Program-made: the position numbers and the translations under genes
Notes under the pieces: generated by a model
What the model saw: only the letters and a program-made list of their open reading frames with translations
Database searches by the model: none
What the model was told of the DNA's origin: nothing
In this document: piece after piece, positions 1 through 11,934 of the stretch
Numbering within the stretch: the stretch's first letter is position 1
Layout: each line of letters begins with the position of its first letter
From: the human T2T-CHM13v2.0 reference genome, Homo sapiens
Direction: 5' to 3' (one strand)
Length of the DNA: 64,000 bases
Assembly: GCF_009914755.1 (NCBI RefSeq)
Contig: NC_060946.1

Positions 1-899
1 GACCCCATGCTGGGCACTTGTCAGAGGTTCCCGTGTCTCACCTCTCCTCCAGGGCCCTGAGCTCTGCCAGGCAGGGGCTCCTCTCTGGGGGTTCCTGCCT
101 GAGCCCCGGGGCCCAGCATTTCTCCCTGGGTGAAACATGCTAATAAGGGTGTGTGTGCACGCGCCATCTGAATGCAAAATGCAGCGATCCGTCCTCGGTA
201 GCATGTAGATGAAAGGAATTTGTTTAATAAGTATTTTTTGAGGGCCTACCAGTCTCCGCCTGCACAGAGCTGACATGAAGTGGGAGAAATAAGACAGGCA
301 ATAGGCAGATGTAGGAAATCCACTGGGGAATGAGAAGGGCCAGGAAGGGAGTGAGGCAGGTCGGCTGACCCCACAGCCTCTGTCTCTCCAAGATTCAGGG
401 GCAATTGTAGGGGGAGAAGGATAATAGATGGGCCAAGGAGGGAAACTGAGTCAGGCCTGAGTCTTGGGACTAGGCCCACGGCAGGCTGGTCAGGCAGCCT
501 TGGGATTCATTCCCTACTTCCCCCTGAGAGAGGTGGTGACCAGTGTATACAAACAGTCACAAGAGCTGGCAGCACCCAGGCTCTTTTCATGCATCCTTAG
601 GCGCCCCCAACCCCAGCAGTACCCATGCACTTCAGGCGGTGAAAAGCAGAGGGTGAAAAGGATGGGAAAGAAACAGACACATGCATGCACAGTGCAGACC
701 CCTTCCAGGAAGCCAGGAATGAACGGAGGGGGCAGATGGGAAGGGGGAGGAAAATAATGGCATCTCGCATGCCAGACAGGATGTTATACACGTGGTCTTC
801 TCTTACCTAACCTTTAGCATGACCTTTAAGACAACCCAGAAGGGTTAAGAATTCGTTTTTTTTGTTTTTTGGTTGTTTTATTGTTGCTGTTGTTGTTCT

Positions 900-1078
900 G
901 GCCAGGCACAGTGGCTCACGCCTGCAATCCCAGCACTTTGGGAGGCTAAGGAGGGAGGATCACGAGGTCAGGAGTTCGAGACCAGCCTAACCAACATAGT
1001 GAAACCTCGTCTCTACTAAAAATACAAAAATTAGCCGGGTGTGGTGGTGTGTGCCTGTAATCCCAGCTACTGGGGAAG
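900..1078 (+). mobile_element. AluS, 3'-truncated
   Basis: GGCCAGGCACAGTGGCTCACGCCTG left arm and A-rich linker; stops abruptly early in the right arm. Confidence 0.9.
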
Positions 1079-1369
1079 TTTTTTTTGAGACGGAGCCTCA
1101 CTCTGTCACCCAGGCTGGAGTGCAGTAGCACAATCTCGGCTCACTGCAACCTGGGCCTCCTGGGTTCAAGCGATTCTCCTGCCTCAACCTCCTGAGTAGC
1201 TGGGATTACAGGCATGCACCACGATGCCCGAATAATTTTTTGTATTTTTAGTAGAGACAGGGTTTCACCATGTTGGCCAGGCTGGTCTCGAACTCCTGAC
1301 CTCAGGTGATCCTTCTGCCTCGGCCTCCCAAAGTGCTAGGATTACAGGTGTGAGCCACCACGCCCAACC
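1079..1369 (-). mobile_element. AluS
   Basis: Full-length antisense Alu; AAGAATTCG at 847-855 and 1370-1378 looks like a target-site duplication (TSD). Confidence 0.93.
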
Positions 1370-1888
1370 AAGAATTCGGTACTTTTGTCCCCACTTCATA
1401 TTGAGGAAACTGGGCCTCGGGGGGGGGGGGGGAAGTGACTTGCCCAGGACCCACACCGAGGAGGAAAAGAGGTTGGATTTGGAGCCCTGCCCCTGCCCTT
1501 TCCACAAGCAAGATGGCCAGGTGGGGAGTCCAGGGGGCCACAGCTGAGGCCACGATAGACTCGGGACCTGAAGAAGATACTGATCCTGGGGCAACCTCCC
1601 CACTGTCACCCGGGGGAGCCCTCCAAGCGCTGCTGTTCGAGGCACTGTGGGAGGGCCAGGGAGCAAAGGGCTGCCTTTGGGGGTGTCCCATCTCTGTGGG
1701 GAATGGGATGGGGGGTTGAGATGCAGGCACCACCCACGAGGCCCCTCCTTTCCTGTCTCTCCTTGCAGCCAAAGCAAAGGGCGTCCGCCACCCCCAGCTT
1801 CCCTAGGGCAGGGTCACTGCACCCATTTACAGATAAGCAAAGCAAGGCCCAGAAAGGGCCTTCAGTGAGAGGGGTAGGCCAAGATGTA

Positions 1889-1972
1889 GAGGCCTCCAGG
1901 CCCATCTGGCAAAGGAGTTCAGCAGCCAATGGTGCTGATGTGAGAGTTTCCCTTCGAGGGTTCCAGTCCTGG
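1889..1972 (+). repeat. Copy 1 of an ~84 bp local dispersed duplication
   Basis: First 57 nt are 56/57 identical to the copy starting at 3725. Confidence 0.92.
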
Positions 1973-2110
1973 TTCCATCGCTGTGTGGCCCTGGACTGGT
2001 CTGTAACCTCTCTGTTTCTTGTCTTCAAAATGAGGAATAATAATAGTGCCTGCTGCAGCTGGCTTTTGTGGGACTAAACGAATGCCGCCCATAAAGAGCT
2101 TCGAACCGGG
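1958..2110 (+). mobile_element. MIR fragment
   Basis: GGTTCCAGTCCTGG...CTCTCTGTTTCTTGTCTTCAAAATGAGGAATAATAATAGTGCCT, a MIR core pattern. Confidence 0.65.
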
Positions 2111-3724
2111 CCTGGCTCTCAGTAGGGGCTCAATAATATTAGCTGATATCATTATTATTATTATCACTATAGTTATTACTATTTCAATCAGCAGCATCGT
2201 GCAGCCAGCACCCTTCCTCTGGCACCCCAGGCATAAGCAAGCCTGCCCAGGTGGCTCTTGAGTCCTCAGGGCTTCTCTGGGGCTTTCCTGGGGACTGTCG
2301 GCAGAGCTAGGGGGAAGGAGAGGGGGCTCAATTATTCCAACCCCCAGACACCATCTCCAGTAATAATGTCAATGCCTCTGCCCCAGGTGGTAATTGAGCC
2401 AAGAGAAGGTTAATTTAATCAGGGATTGGGCTGGGACGGCAGGAGGCAGAGGACTGGGTAAACCTTCTAGACGATTAACACAGCTCCTGAAGAGGTCTAA
2501 CTTGCTAAGAAGCGTCAGGTTTCGAGGCAATCCTACTTCTCGGCCATCCACTCCACACAGCACATGTCACAACATGGGGCAGGTGGGGGCACCGAGAGAG
2601 GAGCTTGGCCCCCAGGCACTGTGGCCGGAGCAGGTGAGGGTAGCAGCAATGTGTGCCTCCCAGCCCTGCACACGGTTGTCACCCTTTCACACTCACACAT
2701 CACACCCGCAAGGGAAGCTGCCACCACCCTCTTACAGAGACAGGAGAGGCTGACCTCTGTCACACACAGCCAGGATGCAGATGCGGCAGGGGTGTCACTG
2801 GAACCCAATTCTGCTGCCAAAAACAAGCATCCTACAAGACCTCAGGGGATATTGAGGAACAGGCATGGAGCCCCCAGTGACCGCCCTAGACACGCCCCAC
2901 TGGAGAAGGCTTGCTGAGTGTGCCCGTTCCTATCACGCTGACTGTTTCTGGAGCTTGTGGGTGGAAGAGCAAGAGAGCACTGACCTGGGAGTCAAGAGCA
3001 GCCTCTCCTCCAGCCAGAGACCTCTTGGCCTTGGGCTCATCACCTGGCACCCCACCACCAATTCCTCATAGCTCCATATCTCTCCAGGAAAGGAAGGTAC
3101 CCCTCGAGAAGGGGCTGGGTAATCAAATGTGTCTCCCTGTAGCCACTGAGGGCGGCGTGGGGGGGGATGGAATTCACATTAAATCAACAGACAGCTTATT
3201 CCAGAACTCAGTTTACTCATCTGTCAAATATCCACATAATAGTGGCTAACTCACCCACCTCAAAGAACTGCCGTGGAAATCCAAGGAAAGAAAAGAAAGT
3301 CCTTTGCAAAGTTAGACTTAAACCAAAACAGGAAAGCAGCTACTCTGGGCTAGGGGGATAGGAGGTGAGAGGACAGAGCTCACGTGGACTGAGCCCCCAC
3401 CATATGCCAGGCATCAGCACCCGCCCCCCACAAGGCCCATGGTCTCCTTAACCCCCTTCACCTCTCTAACCCCTCACCCCATGTTACAGAGGAGAGACTG
3501 AGGCTCAGAGAGGCGACGCGAATGCTTAAATCACAAAACACAGAAAGCAGCAAAATGGGATTCGAACCAATGGCCTCACGCTCCCTGGCTATGGCCATTT
3601 TCTATTGTCACATGCACTGACACACTCACTCATTAAAGCACATCCACCCAGGGGTGGTGGGCCTGGCTGGGATGAAGAGGAAAACAGGGACTGGGGAGGT
3701 CAGATAGGGGGCTGCAGCACATTG

Positions 3725-3807
3725 GAGGCCTCCAGGCCCACCTGGCAAAGGAGTTCAGCAGCCAATGGTGCTGATGTGAGAACCTCCTTCGGGGGTTCCA
3801 GTCCTGG
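3725..3807 (+). repeat. Copy 2 of an ~84 bp local dispersed duplication
   Basis: GAGGCCTCCAGGCCCACCTGGCAAAGGAGTTCAGCAGCCAATGGTGCTGATGTGAGA...GGTTCCAGTCCTGG. Confidence 0.92.
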
Positions 3808-4040
3808 AAGGTGCACTCTTCAGGGGGCAGGACTTAAGGAAAGGGGTCCCATGCCCACTCAGGATGCTGGGAAAGGCGGCCTCTTGGGAGGGACCACGCC
3901 ACGCGTCCTAAGGCTCCATCCCTCTCCCCTTCCCACCCCTCATATACAAGAGACATAACCACACTCGGCCACACACACTCCCGTGACATCACATTTACAC
4001 ACTCTGGCTGGGGGGAGCAACCTCCGACAAAACTGTCCCA

Positions 4041-4050
4041 GTGACGTCAC
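4041..4050. promoter_or_regulatory. Palindromic CRE (CREB/ATF) site
   Basis: GTGACGTCAC with an intact CpG; variant GTGACATCAC at 3983-3992. Confidence 0.5.
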
Positions 4051-4334
4051 CTGCGGCCTGGAGCTTATGTCACACCTGAGGTTCTCACTGACCTCACATA
4101 CATACTTTTTCCTGATGTCCCCACAATTAACACTCTTTCTTCCTGCCTAGGCGTTGATGGCCCAGAGGTACCCACCTCCCCACCCACACAGTTGCAGGGC
4201 CCCCGGCTCATCAGGACAGCACCTGCCTGTGCACCCCTCTCAGGGGACACACATGCCCACATGCTTTGCTGATGGCCCAGACGTGACACGTCCCACAGGT
4301 GTCCACGGGCCACGAGAACAGGGGTGTCAGCCAT

Positions 4335-4335
4335 G

Positions 4336-4384
<49 letters not shown>
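4335..4384. repeat. (CA)n microsatellite
   Basis: Direct inspection. Confidence 0.95.
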
Positions 4385-4386
<2 letters not shown>

Positions 4387-4817
4387 CCAGTCCCATCTCA
4401 TGATGCAACTTGCATATTAAAACGCCTCTCGGTAACCGCGCCGGGCAGTCCGCGCCCCACAGCTTCCACCACATTCCTCCAGGTGCTGCCAGCACCCCCC
4501 TCCCTCCAGCTTTCTGACTCCGACAGCCTGGCCTGCTGATAGCGACAGCCGCAGCCCAGACACACACACACACTCCAGCCCAACACCTGCGTCTCAGCAA
4601 GGGACCAAGGCAGTGCCCTCCAGCCGCAGCTGCTGGGTGGGAGGAGTCCAGGGGGAAGGGGCATAGCACAGAGCCCTGAGCTGCAGAAAGTGCCGAGTAC
4701 CACGTTCCTCCCCAGCTGAGTGCACGGTCAGCACCACTGTCCCCTTCTCGTCTCCCTCCTTGGGCACGCCTGACACACCATGGCCTGTGGCCTCTGTTTT
4801 GGACACAAGCTCCCCGA

Positions 4818-5150
4818 GTGTGCATGCACACGCGCGCGCGCGCACACACACACACACATCAGCTCCCTTCCCTCCAAACATTCCGAGGAAATCCTGCCAG
4901 GCCACTGACAGTGTGCGTGTGTGCGCTTGTGTGTGTACAGACAGAGAGCAGGGTCCACCCCATGTCCACACACACACGCACACACCACACACACACAGCA
5001 CGCACAATCCTCTCCACATGCACACGGCGCCCCACCAGCCAACACACCCACCCCCTCCCCGTCCCCTGACAGCTGCTGGAGCCCACACACGCACGCACAC
5101 ACACACACTGGCACGCGCTCGCACACACACACAAACACACACACACACAC
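4818..5150. repeat. CA/CG/TG alternating purine-pyrimidine low-complexity tracts
   Basis: e.g. GTGTGCATGCACACGCGCGCGCGCGCACACACACACACACA at about 4818-4858. Confidence 0.85.
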
Positions 5151-5399
5151 CCGGCAGTGGCCCCGGCCCTGCCAGAGCTGCAGTGTCTGCGATTTATGCC
5201 GCCTCCCTGGGCTGCCTCCCTCCTTGTCCCTGGCCAGCGCCTCTGAAAGGGTCCCCACCCCCCAATTCTGGTCTTACCAACCCCACCGCCGTCAAGCCCC
5301 ACCCTGGCCCCCCTTCCCCTAGAAGGCATCCACCCCGTCAACCCCTCTTACCAGCTAGAGGATGAATGCCTTGACCCGGCAGCACCCCGTGAAAGAGAG

Positions 5400-6560
5400 G
5401 GGTTAGGGCCCCCGATTCGAAAAGATGAGGGCAGAGAGGTGCAGTGTGGCACCGGCTGGCACACCGTCCACCATCGAGCCTCTGCACCACCCCCAGAAAC
5501 GCTCACCTCACCGACCGTCCTCGGTGTCCTCCCACCGCCTCCGCCCACCGCCACCACCACCACCTCCCTCGCGCAGGGTGGTCCCCCGGGGGTCTCACGG
5601 GGATCCCCAGACCCAGGAGACACTGGGGGTGGCTCTCCCCGTCTCATCCCCCCTTCCGTGTCCCTCTCCAAGCCCCACCCCCACTGACGGAGGGGGTGCC
5701 CTCCGGCTCCAGCCCCGACTCCCACCGTCTCCCCGGTCGGTCGCGGCGCTCGGATCCAGAGGAATTCACTTACCCCAGCCCCAGCCGGGATCCGGGCCAA
5801 GCACCGCCTCCGGGAAGCGGCGGCCGCGGGGCCTGCGCGTGTGAGTGTGAGTGTGAATGTGAGTGTGAGCGCGGGTGTGGGTGCGGGGTGCGTGGCCGTG
5901 GGGTGGCCCGCGTGTGTCTGTGTGTGTGTCTGGGAGCGCGCGTGTGCGCGCAGACGCCGCCGCCCCCTCCTCCCCGCCGCCGCGCCTCTGCCCCTGCCTC
6001 GGCGGGGAGGGCGCCCGGGAGGGGCCAAGCGGCGCGCGTCAGGGACCGCGGCAGGCTGTGTCCGTCTGTCCGTCCCCGTCTGTCCGTCCGCCAGCCCGCC
6101 CGCTCCCGGTGCCCTCCGCAGGCCTTTCCGCAGCAAGCCCGCTCCCGCCCCCGAGCCGGCCGCACGCTCCACGGACACACGCGCGCTCGCAGACACACGC
6201 CCGCGGGGCTGGGGCCGCGCCTGGCGCCGCCGCTGCAGCTGCAGCGCCCGGGGAGGCGAAGGCGGCCCCACGGACCCGAGCCCCGGCCTGGCGGACCCCT
6301 GTCCCGGCCGCGGCCCCCTGCGCTGCTCACCCCGCGGGATCCGGGTCCGGGTCCGGGTCCGGCCTCCGCCAGCGCATTCAACAGCTGGGGGCAAACTTGC
6401 GGCGGGGCCGCCCGAAGTGCGCCTGGACTCGCCCTCCCCCTGGACTCCGCCTCCGCTGATGGGCCCCCTCTCCGCCTTGTACCTCCATGCCCTGCCGCCT
6501 GCGCCCTGCTGGTTGGTCCCGCGTTCAACCGCTGGCGACTGGGGAAGTGCGGCTGCTGCG
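5400..6560. promoter_or_regulatory. ELFN2: CpG island promoter (probably ELFN2)
   Basis: Very high GC and CpG density with GC boxes. Gene identity is inferred from recalled gene order next to MFNG, not from coding sequence. Confidence 0.75.
5774..5940 (-). other. ELFN2: Probable non-coding first exon of ELFN2 (5' end uncertain)
   Basis: Consensus donor GGG|GTAAGT on the - strand (GT at 5773-5772) inside the CpG island; no credible CDS; TSS approximate. Confidence 0.55.
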
Positions 6561-8211
6561 TTCCCATTTTACAGGCCAGACAACTGAGGTTCGGAGAGGA
6601 GTGATTCCCCCAAGGTTACACAGGGAGCCTACAGACAGTATTAGACTTTACGCTCCCCTACCTTGTGCCAGGGCACTCACTGCCTTTCCCCACCCCTCCA
6701 GGAGTAACTCCAAGGGATACTGGGCTCATCTGTAGCTAGAGAACCTTCATTAGGCTTCCAGAGGCCCAGTTCCCCGCCCCTTACGCCAAAGCCCCTGCCA
6801 CCTGCTGCCACCTGCAAAGGGGTGGATGCTGGGAGGAGGAGGAGGAGGTGGAAGATGCAAGAAGCCTGGCACCCGGGGCCTATAACTTGGTGCTTGGGCA
6901 TGCAAGCACCTCCTCCCGAGGCCCTGCGAGCTGCATGTCGGAGGCCTGCTGCCAGCAGGCCCTGTACTTCTCCATCACTTTTATAGGACCGCATGCACCA
7001 GCGCCTGTTCTCAGGTGTTGCACAGCAGATGAAGTCCAGGCTGCGGGAACTCCCCGTCGGGACATCTCATGCAGGTCTGGAATAAGGAGACTCCCCAGAA
7101 GAAGCCACTGCCTGAGCTGAATCTTGATGGATGAGTAGGAGTTGGCCAGCTAAAGAAGGAGAAGGGTGTCCTGGACTCTGGGAACAGCATGTGCAAAGAG
7201 GCACAGAGGCATGAAACAGCTTTGTATGTGTGTACAGGGAACTCCACGGAGTTGGGTATTAGTAGAGCAGAAAGAACGTCTGTCCAGAAATTCCTCCCTC
7301 CTTTCAACTAAGAACAGGGAACGGCCCAGGATGGGGCTGGGAGGGCAGACAAGCACTGGGTCACAGGCCACTTGTTGTCCTGGGGTATGCAGAAGGACTA
7401 TTGGGCGTTCCCCACCTGCACCCCAGGCTGCCTGGCACACTCCTACCCATCCTTCAAGGTCCCTCGCTGCAAACCCAAACAAGCCATGTGCTGTCTCTGC
7501 CCTCTAAACTGAGCCCTCCTACAGGGCAGGGGCGGTATCCAACACATGGTGTGTATCCCTGACAAGGCTGGGCAAGAAGCAGGGTCCCAGCTCCAAGACC
7601 TTGCTGGAAGAGCCCCTCAGGCGGAACATAACGGCCTCTGCGCCCTCTGGCGGATCCCTCGAGAAATTAGAGTGCTCCCCAAGCCAACAGCCCCCCTGTG
7701 GCTCTCAGGCCCAGACACTTTCTGAGATGGGCACTGGCAGATGCCACCTAATCCGCTCCTGCCCAAGAAACTGAGCAGTGATGACCCCAAAGAATACCAG
7801 GGAGTCAGTGGCAAAACAGCCTCTTGCTGCTCTGTTTCCGAGACATTCCCAGTCATCTTCCAGAGTGCAAGTCACAACCCTCTCTGAGCCTGTTTCCTCC
7901 TTTGTGAAAGAAATATAGCAAAAGCAGCCAGTACCCCCAGCACAGTGCCGGCCACTCCCTTCTCCCTGGAGACCTCCAGGTCTGGCTGGATTTGGTCAGA
8001 ATTTGTTTGAAGCTCTAAAACGGTCTAAGAATCTCCCTTTGGAGACTTTGCCCTTACTGGGCAGATGTACATTGACAAGAGTTTCAGCTCTTAGCTGACT
8101 TTCTGCCACCATATAGAAGATAGAGTTGGCCTGGCCTGAGGGTCATAGTGGACCACACCATCTAGACACTCGACTGGGCTTTCTCTAGACCATAGTGGAA
8201 AGGATACATGT

Positions 8212-8371
8212 CTGCACTGTCAAAGACAGTAGCCACTAACTGCATGTGGCTATTGAGTGATTGGAATTGTGGCTAATGTGGCTGAGGAACTAAATTTTTA
8301 ATTTTAATTGTTATTACTTTAAATTTAAATAGCCATAATGTGGCTTGTGGCTGCCATGTGAGATAGTGCAG
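8212..8371. mobile_element. MER3-like hAT-Charlie MITE
   Basis: GTAGCCACTAACTGCATGTGGCTATTGAG...AAATTTAAATAGCCA...GTGGCT. Confidence 0.7.
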
Positions 8372-8839
8372 CTCCAGACATATAGCAAGCTCCTTATTAA
8401 AATCAAGCCCAGGCAGACCTAATGCACACACACAAACACACAGACACACACACAGGGAACCCTGAGGACCTGGGAATGCGGGGAGCGGGGAGCTCAGGAG
8501 ACTGCCTAGAATCCGTAGCTGAATGGTTAAGACCGAGACAAACGTAAGCAATAACATGTCCATTCCCACAGTCACTGCCCCAGACCAGGCTTGCCGTCAC
8601 CTGGATACCTGCAACAAACTCCCTCACCACCCATCTGTTTAAACCCTCCAGTAGCTCCCCAGAGCCCATGCACAGAGGCAAATATGTTCTCTTTCTCATG
8701 ACAAGTGATTGGCAGCAGCTGCCTAGAGGTGCTCACCCTTTGCAGAAAATGGCATGATCAATTGGTGATGTCTGCCTCAGGAATAAATACAGAGATGAAT
8801 GGTAAGCCCTCTCTGCTACAGGATAAAATCCAAACACTA

Positions 8840-9163
<324 letters not shown>

Positions 9164-9169
9164 AAAACT

Positions 9170-9620
9170 CCAAACTCTTTAACTTGCCTAAATAAGGCCC
9201 GTTGCAGTTGGTCCTTATTTATTCCTCCAGCATCTTCAATATCATCCCACATATGTTCTGGGTCCCAGCAACACCAATATCTGCCCTTTCCAGACTCACT
9301 TTCTGCCACCATATAGAAGATGGAGTTGGATCTGTCACCCCATCATCTTCACACCTTTGTGCTTTTGATCCTGTTCCCTTGATGTGGGAGGACTTTCCTC
9401 CTCTCAGATCCCTTCCCTACCTGTCTACTTTCTACCTATCCTCAGGTACTGCTTGAAAGCCGCCTCCTCAGTGAAGCCTCCCCTGACCACTCCTAAACTG
9501 AGCTGGCTGAGCTACTTCCTTCTCCACCGGCTCCCAGAACACTCTGCAAGGCTTCAGTGACAGCACACATCACATCATGTCATTATTCATTCTCTATGTG
9601 TCCACCTCCCCCAGCTTATT
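9170..9620. mobile_element. L2 fragment
   Basis: CCTCCTCAGTGAAGCCTCCCCTGACCAC motif typical of L2 3' regions. Confidence 0.55.
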
Positions 9621-10049
9621 CTTCACTTGGTCACCTTTATCAAGTAGCAACCATGTGTCAGGGGCTCGCTCAGGGCCAGGCACTGTGCGAGGCCATTTTC
9701 ACACATTATTCTTATTAATAAGCCACCAATCTAGACGTTAGGAGGTTCTCTTCCGGGCACACAGCATCCACCCCCCCTTCCCACCAGCGCCCTAATTTCT
9801 CCTCTCCCCACCACCATGGACAGTCTTGGAGGAATGTGAATCCAGGTACCACTTCCTGCCCTCAGCTGGGCTAATTGCGCTGTGGGTGGAGTGACGCGTG
9901 CACAGGAAAATTAACCGGAGCAGAACCATCCTCGAAATGTCAGTGCCAGGTGACATGGGTGGGCTGGGCACCTGCCCTGCATCCCAGAACCCCATCTGCT
10001 CGGCCTTCTCCCAGAGGTGCACAGGAGCTGCCCCTGGCTGACAGCTCAC

Positions 10050-10166
10050 CAGAAAGTGCCCTTTATTTTCAAGGTGAACAAGCATGGCCCACATCCAAAT
10101 GATCCCACTGCCCTGGCCACGTCACTAGAAAGACATTTTTTCCAGAAAGTCGTCCTTTCTTCAAAG
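10050..10166 (-). pseudogene. MAM-domain N-terminal exon remnant
   Basis: Polypyrimidine-TAAG acceptor and CTG|GTGAGC donor. Translates FEERTTFWK...(frameshift)...VHLENKGHFL, compared with MAM CxFExxxCxW...GPxxDH...GHF/Y. Confidence 0.65.
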
Positions 10167-10342
10167 CTTAGAGAACAGAGGAGGAAGAGTGAGAGGAACA
10201 TAGAAATGCTAAAAGCTTCACGCATTGTTTAAGGTGAATAACAAGATTTACCCTTTGTACTTAGGTGAAATTTTCTTCACTTGGTCTCAGTGGCATTTTG
10301 AGTTGATGCTAAGAAAATTAGGTTAAAGTGATTCTTTCAGAG

Positions 10343-10345
<3 letters not shown>

Positions 10346-10376
<31 letters not shown>
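10346..10376. repeat. (CA)n microsatellite
   Basis: Direct inspection. Confidence 0.95.
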
Positions 10377-10378
<2 letters not shown>

Positions 10379-10384
10379 CAGAGC

Positions 10385-10506
10385 TTGTGCGGGGTGTCAC
10401 ATTCCTCCTTTGGATCCAGACCTAAAATCACATTTCTGTTGCGCCTCCAGTACTGGAACTGAGGACATCAGCTCGCTGAGGACAGGAGCCAGTGGTGAGA
10501 CAGAGC
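10385..10506 (-). pseudogene. LDL-receptor class A exon remnant
   Basis: TTTTTCTTCCAG acceptor. Translates GSCPQRADVL / LEAQQKCDF...GG.*HPAQ, compared with CPxxxDFxC...CDFxxDCxDGSDEDPxxC. Confidence 0.6.
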
Positions 10507-10934
10507 CTGGAAGAAAAAGACGGGCCTGGAAGGCAAAGCGTGGTCCTTGCCCACGGTGGAACCCTGCCAAGTGGACTAGGAAGAGATGGGGGCTGAGCTG
10601 CCTTCTGGGGAAGGTGGGTCCTCTTATCTAGGAGTGTTTTGTTTTTCTGGTCACTGTGACAGGTCAGGGCATGCAAGGATGAAGGTAGTTGTCAGATGCT
10701 GGGGCCTGGGGGAGAATGAGTAGGAGAGAGAAGAGACCACAAGTCGGGAGGAAGGTGACAGGGAGGGAAGCCGACCCGCCCAGGAGGCCTAGTTGCGAAG
10801 AACACATGTATTTCTAGGAAGGATTTTGACATTCTTTTGCTGTGGTGTGTACATTACGAGCCCCCTCCCCCACTTCAGTCTCCCTACCACCTCCTTCCCC
10901 CCACTCCCTTCAGAAAAGTCTGCGTGTTTCTCCT

Positions 10935-11450
10935 ATGAGTCATTTATTGCTTTGTAATGAATTACCTCAAAACTCAGTGGCTTAAATCTGCAAAATGACA
11001 TGCTTATTATTTCACAGTTTCTGTGGTCAGGCATTTGGGAGAGGGTGATTCAGCCTTGAAATGTCTCATAAACTTGCAGTCAAGATGTTTAGCTGGGGCT
11101 CCACCCATCTGAAGGTTGGACTGGGGCTGGCGGATCTGCTTCTGAGATGCTTCCCTCACGTGGCTGGCAGGGTGGTGTTGGCTGTTGGTGGGAGTCCTCT
11201 GTGTCTTGTCACATGGACCTCTCCATAGGACTGTTTGAGTGTCCTCACAACATTGCGGCTGCTTTCTCCAGAGTGAGAACAAGTAGGAAGCCTGTGTCTC
11301 TTAAGACCTGTCCTCAGAAGTAACACTCATTTTTGCTTTCCCGTTGGTTCCATGGATCTGACCCATTCATTGTAGTGAGGGGACCACACAGGGGGTGGAG
11401 CCCAGGAGGGAGGTACCATCAGGAGCCCTCTTGGGGGCCAGTGGTTTTGA
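10935..11450 (-). mobile_element. MLT1 (ERVL-MaLR) LTR
   Basis: TATTGCT...AATTACCTCAAAACTCAGTGGCTTAAA...TTATTTCACAGTTTCTGTGG, an antisense MLT1 terminus. Confidence 0.75.
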
Positions 11451-11739
11451 GATCAATCAATTATATTTGGGGAAGTTGAGGAAGTTCTGTGTTCTGCATC
11501 CAGACTATCAAAGACGAAAACAGAACTAGAGGAGTGGCAGCCAACACAGGATGGCCTGATTCCTTAGGAGTCCATGATTCTGAGAGCCTATGGTCTTCAT
11601 TGTTTATAGACCAAGGGCAGCTCAAGGCTAATGATGCATAAAGAATGTGCATAAAGACCCTAGGGCTGGACAAGAGTCAAAGGTGGCCGAAGGTGTGGCC
11701 CCAGTGAGGGGGTGCCTGTGAGGACCAAAGGCCAGGGCC

Positions 11740-11934
11740 ACACTCTGGGGGATATTTTGAAGTGTCCACGTGGATGCCTGTAGGTCCAGAGACCCAGCTA
11801 TGGGAGGGACCCCAGAGAACCCTATTAGAGGTGCTGATGGCACCCTGCTTGCCTGGCTGGGGCTGAGATGACTGGATGGTGAGGTTTGCCAGGCTGCCTC
11901 CCCGCCAGTCTTGGTAGAGCAGCCCTGGAGTGTG
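11740..11934 (-). pseudogene. MAM-domain C-terminal exon remnants
   Basis: 11934-11853 has a strong acceptor and reads GEAAWQ/NLTIQSSQP.Q (cf. WxxAxVxIxSxxPFQ). 11775-11740 reads IHVDTSKYPPEC (cf. IAVDDISFxPEC). Confidence 0.6.

Noticed and set aside
3555-3570. tRNA B-box-like GGGATTCGAACC
   Set aside because: Part of a MIR (tRNA-derived SINE); no cloverleaf
4728-4745. RE1 half-site TCAGCACC followed by an inverted CTGTCC
   Set aside because: Non-canonical arrangement; too weak without ChIP data
4594-6604. Many overlapping 150-390 aa ORFs on both strands
   Set aside because: Produced by CpG-island GC content and CA/TG repeats; low-complexity translations with no domain
10085-10125. GQGSGIIWM resembling an SRCR motif
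   Set aside because: Frame has adjacent stops, and the other frames and neighbouring segments fit MAM/LDLa better
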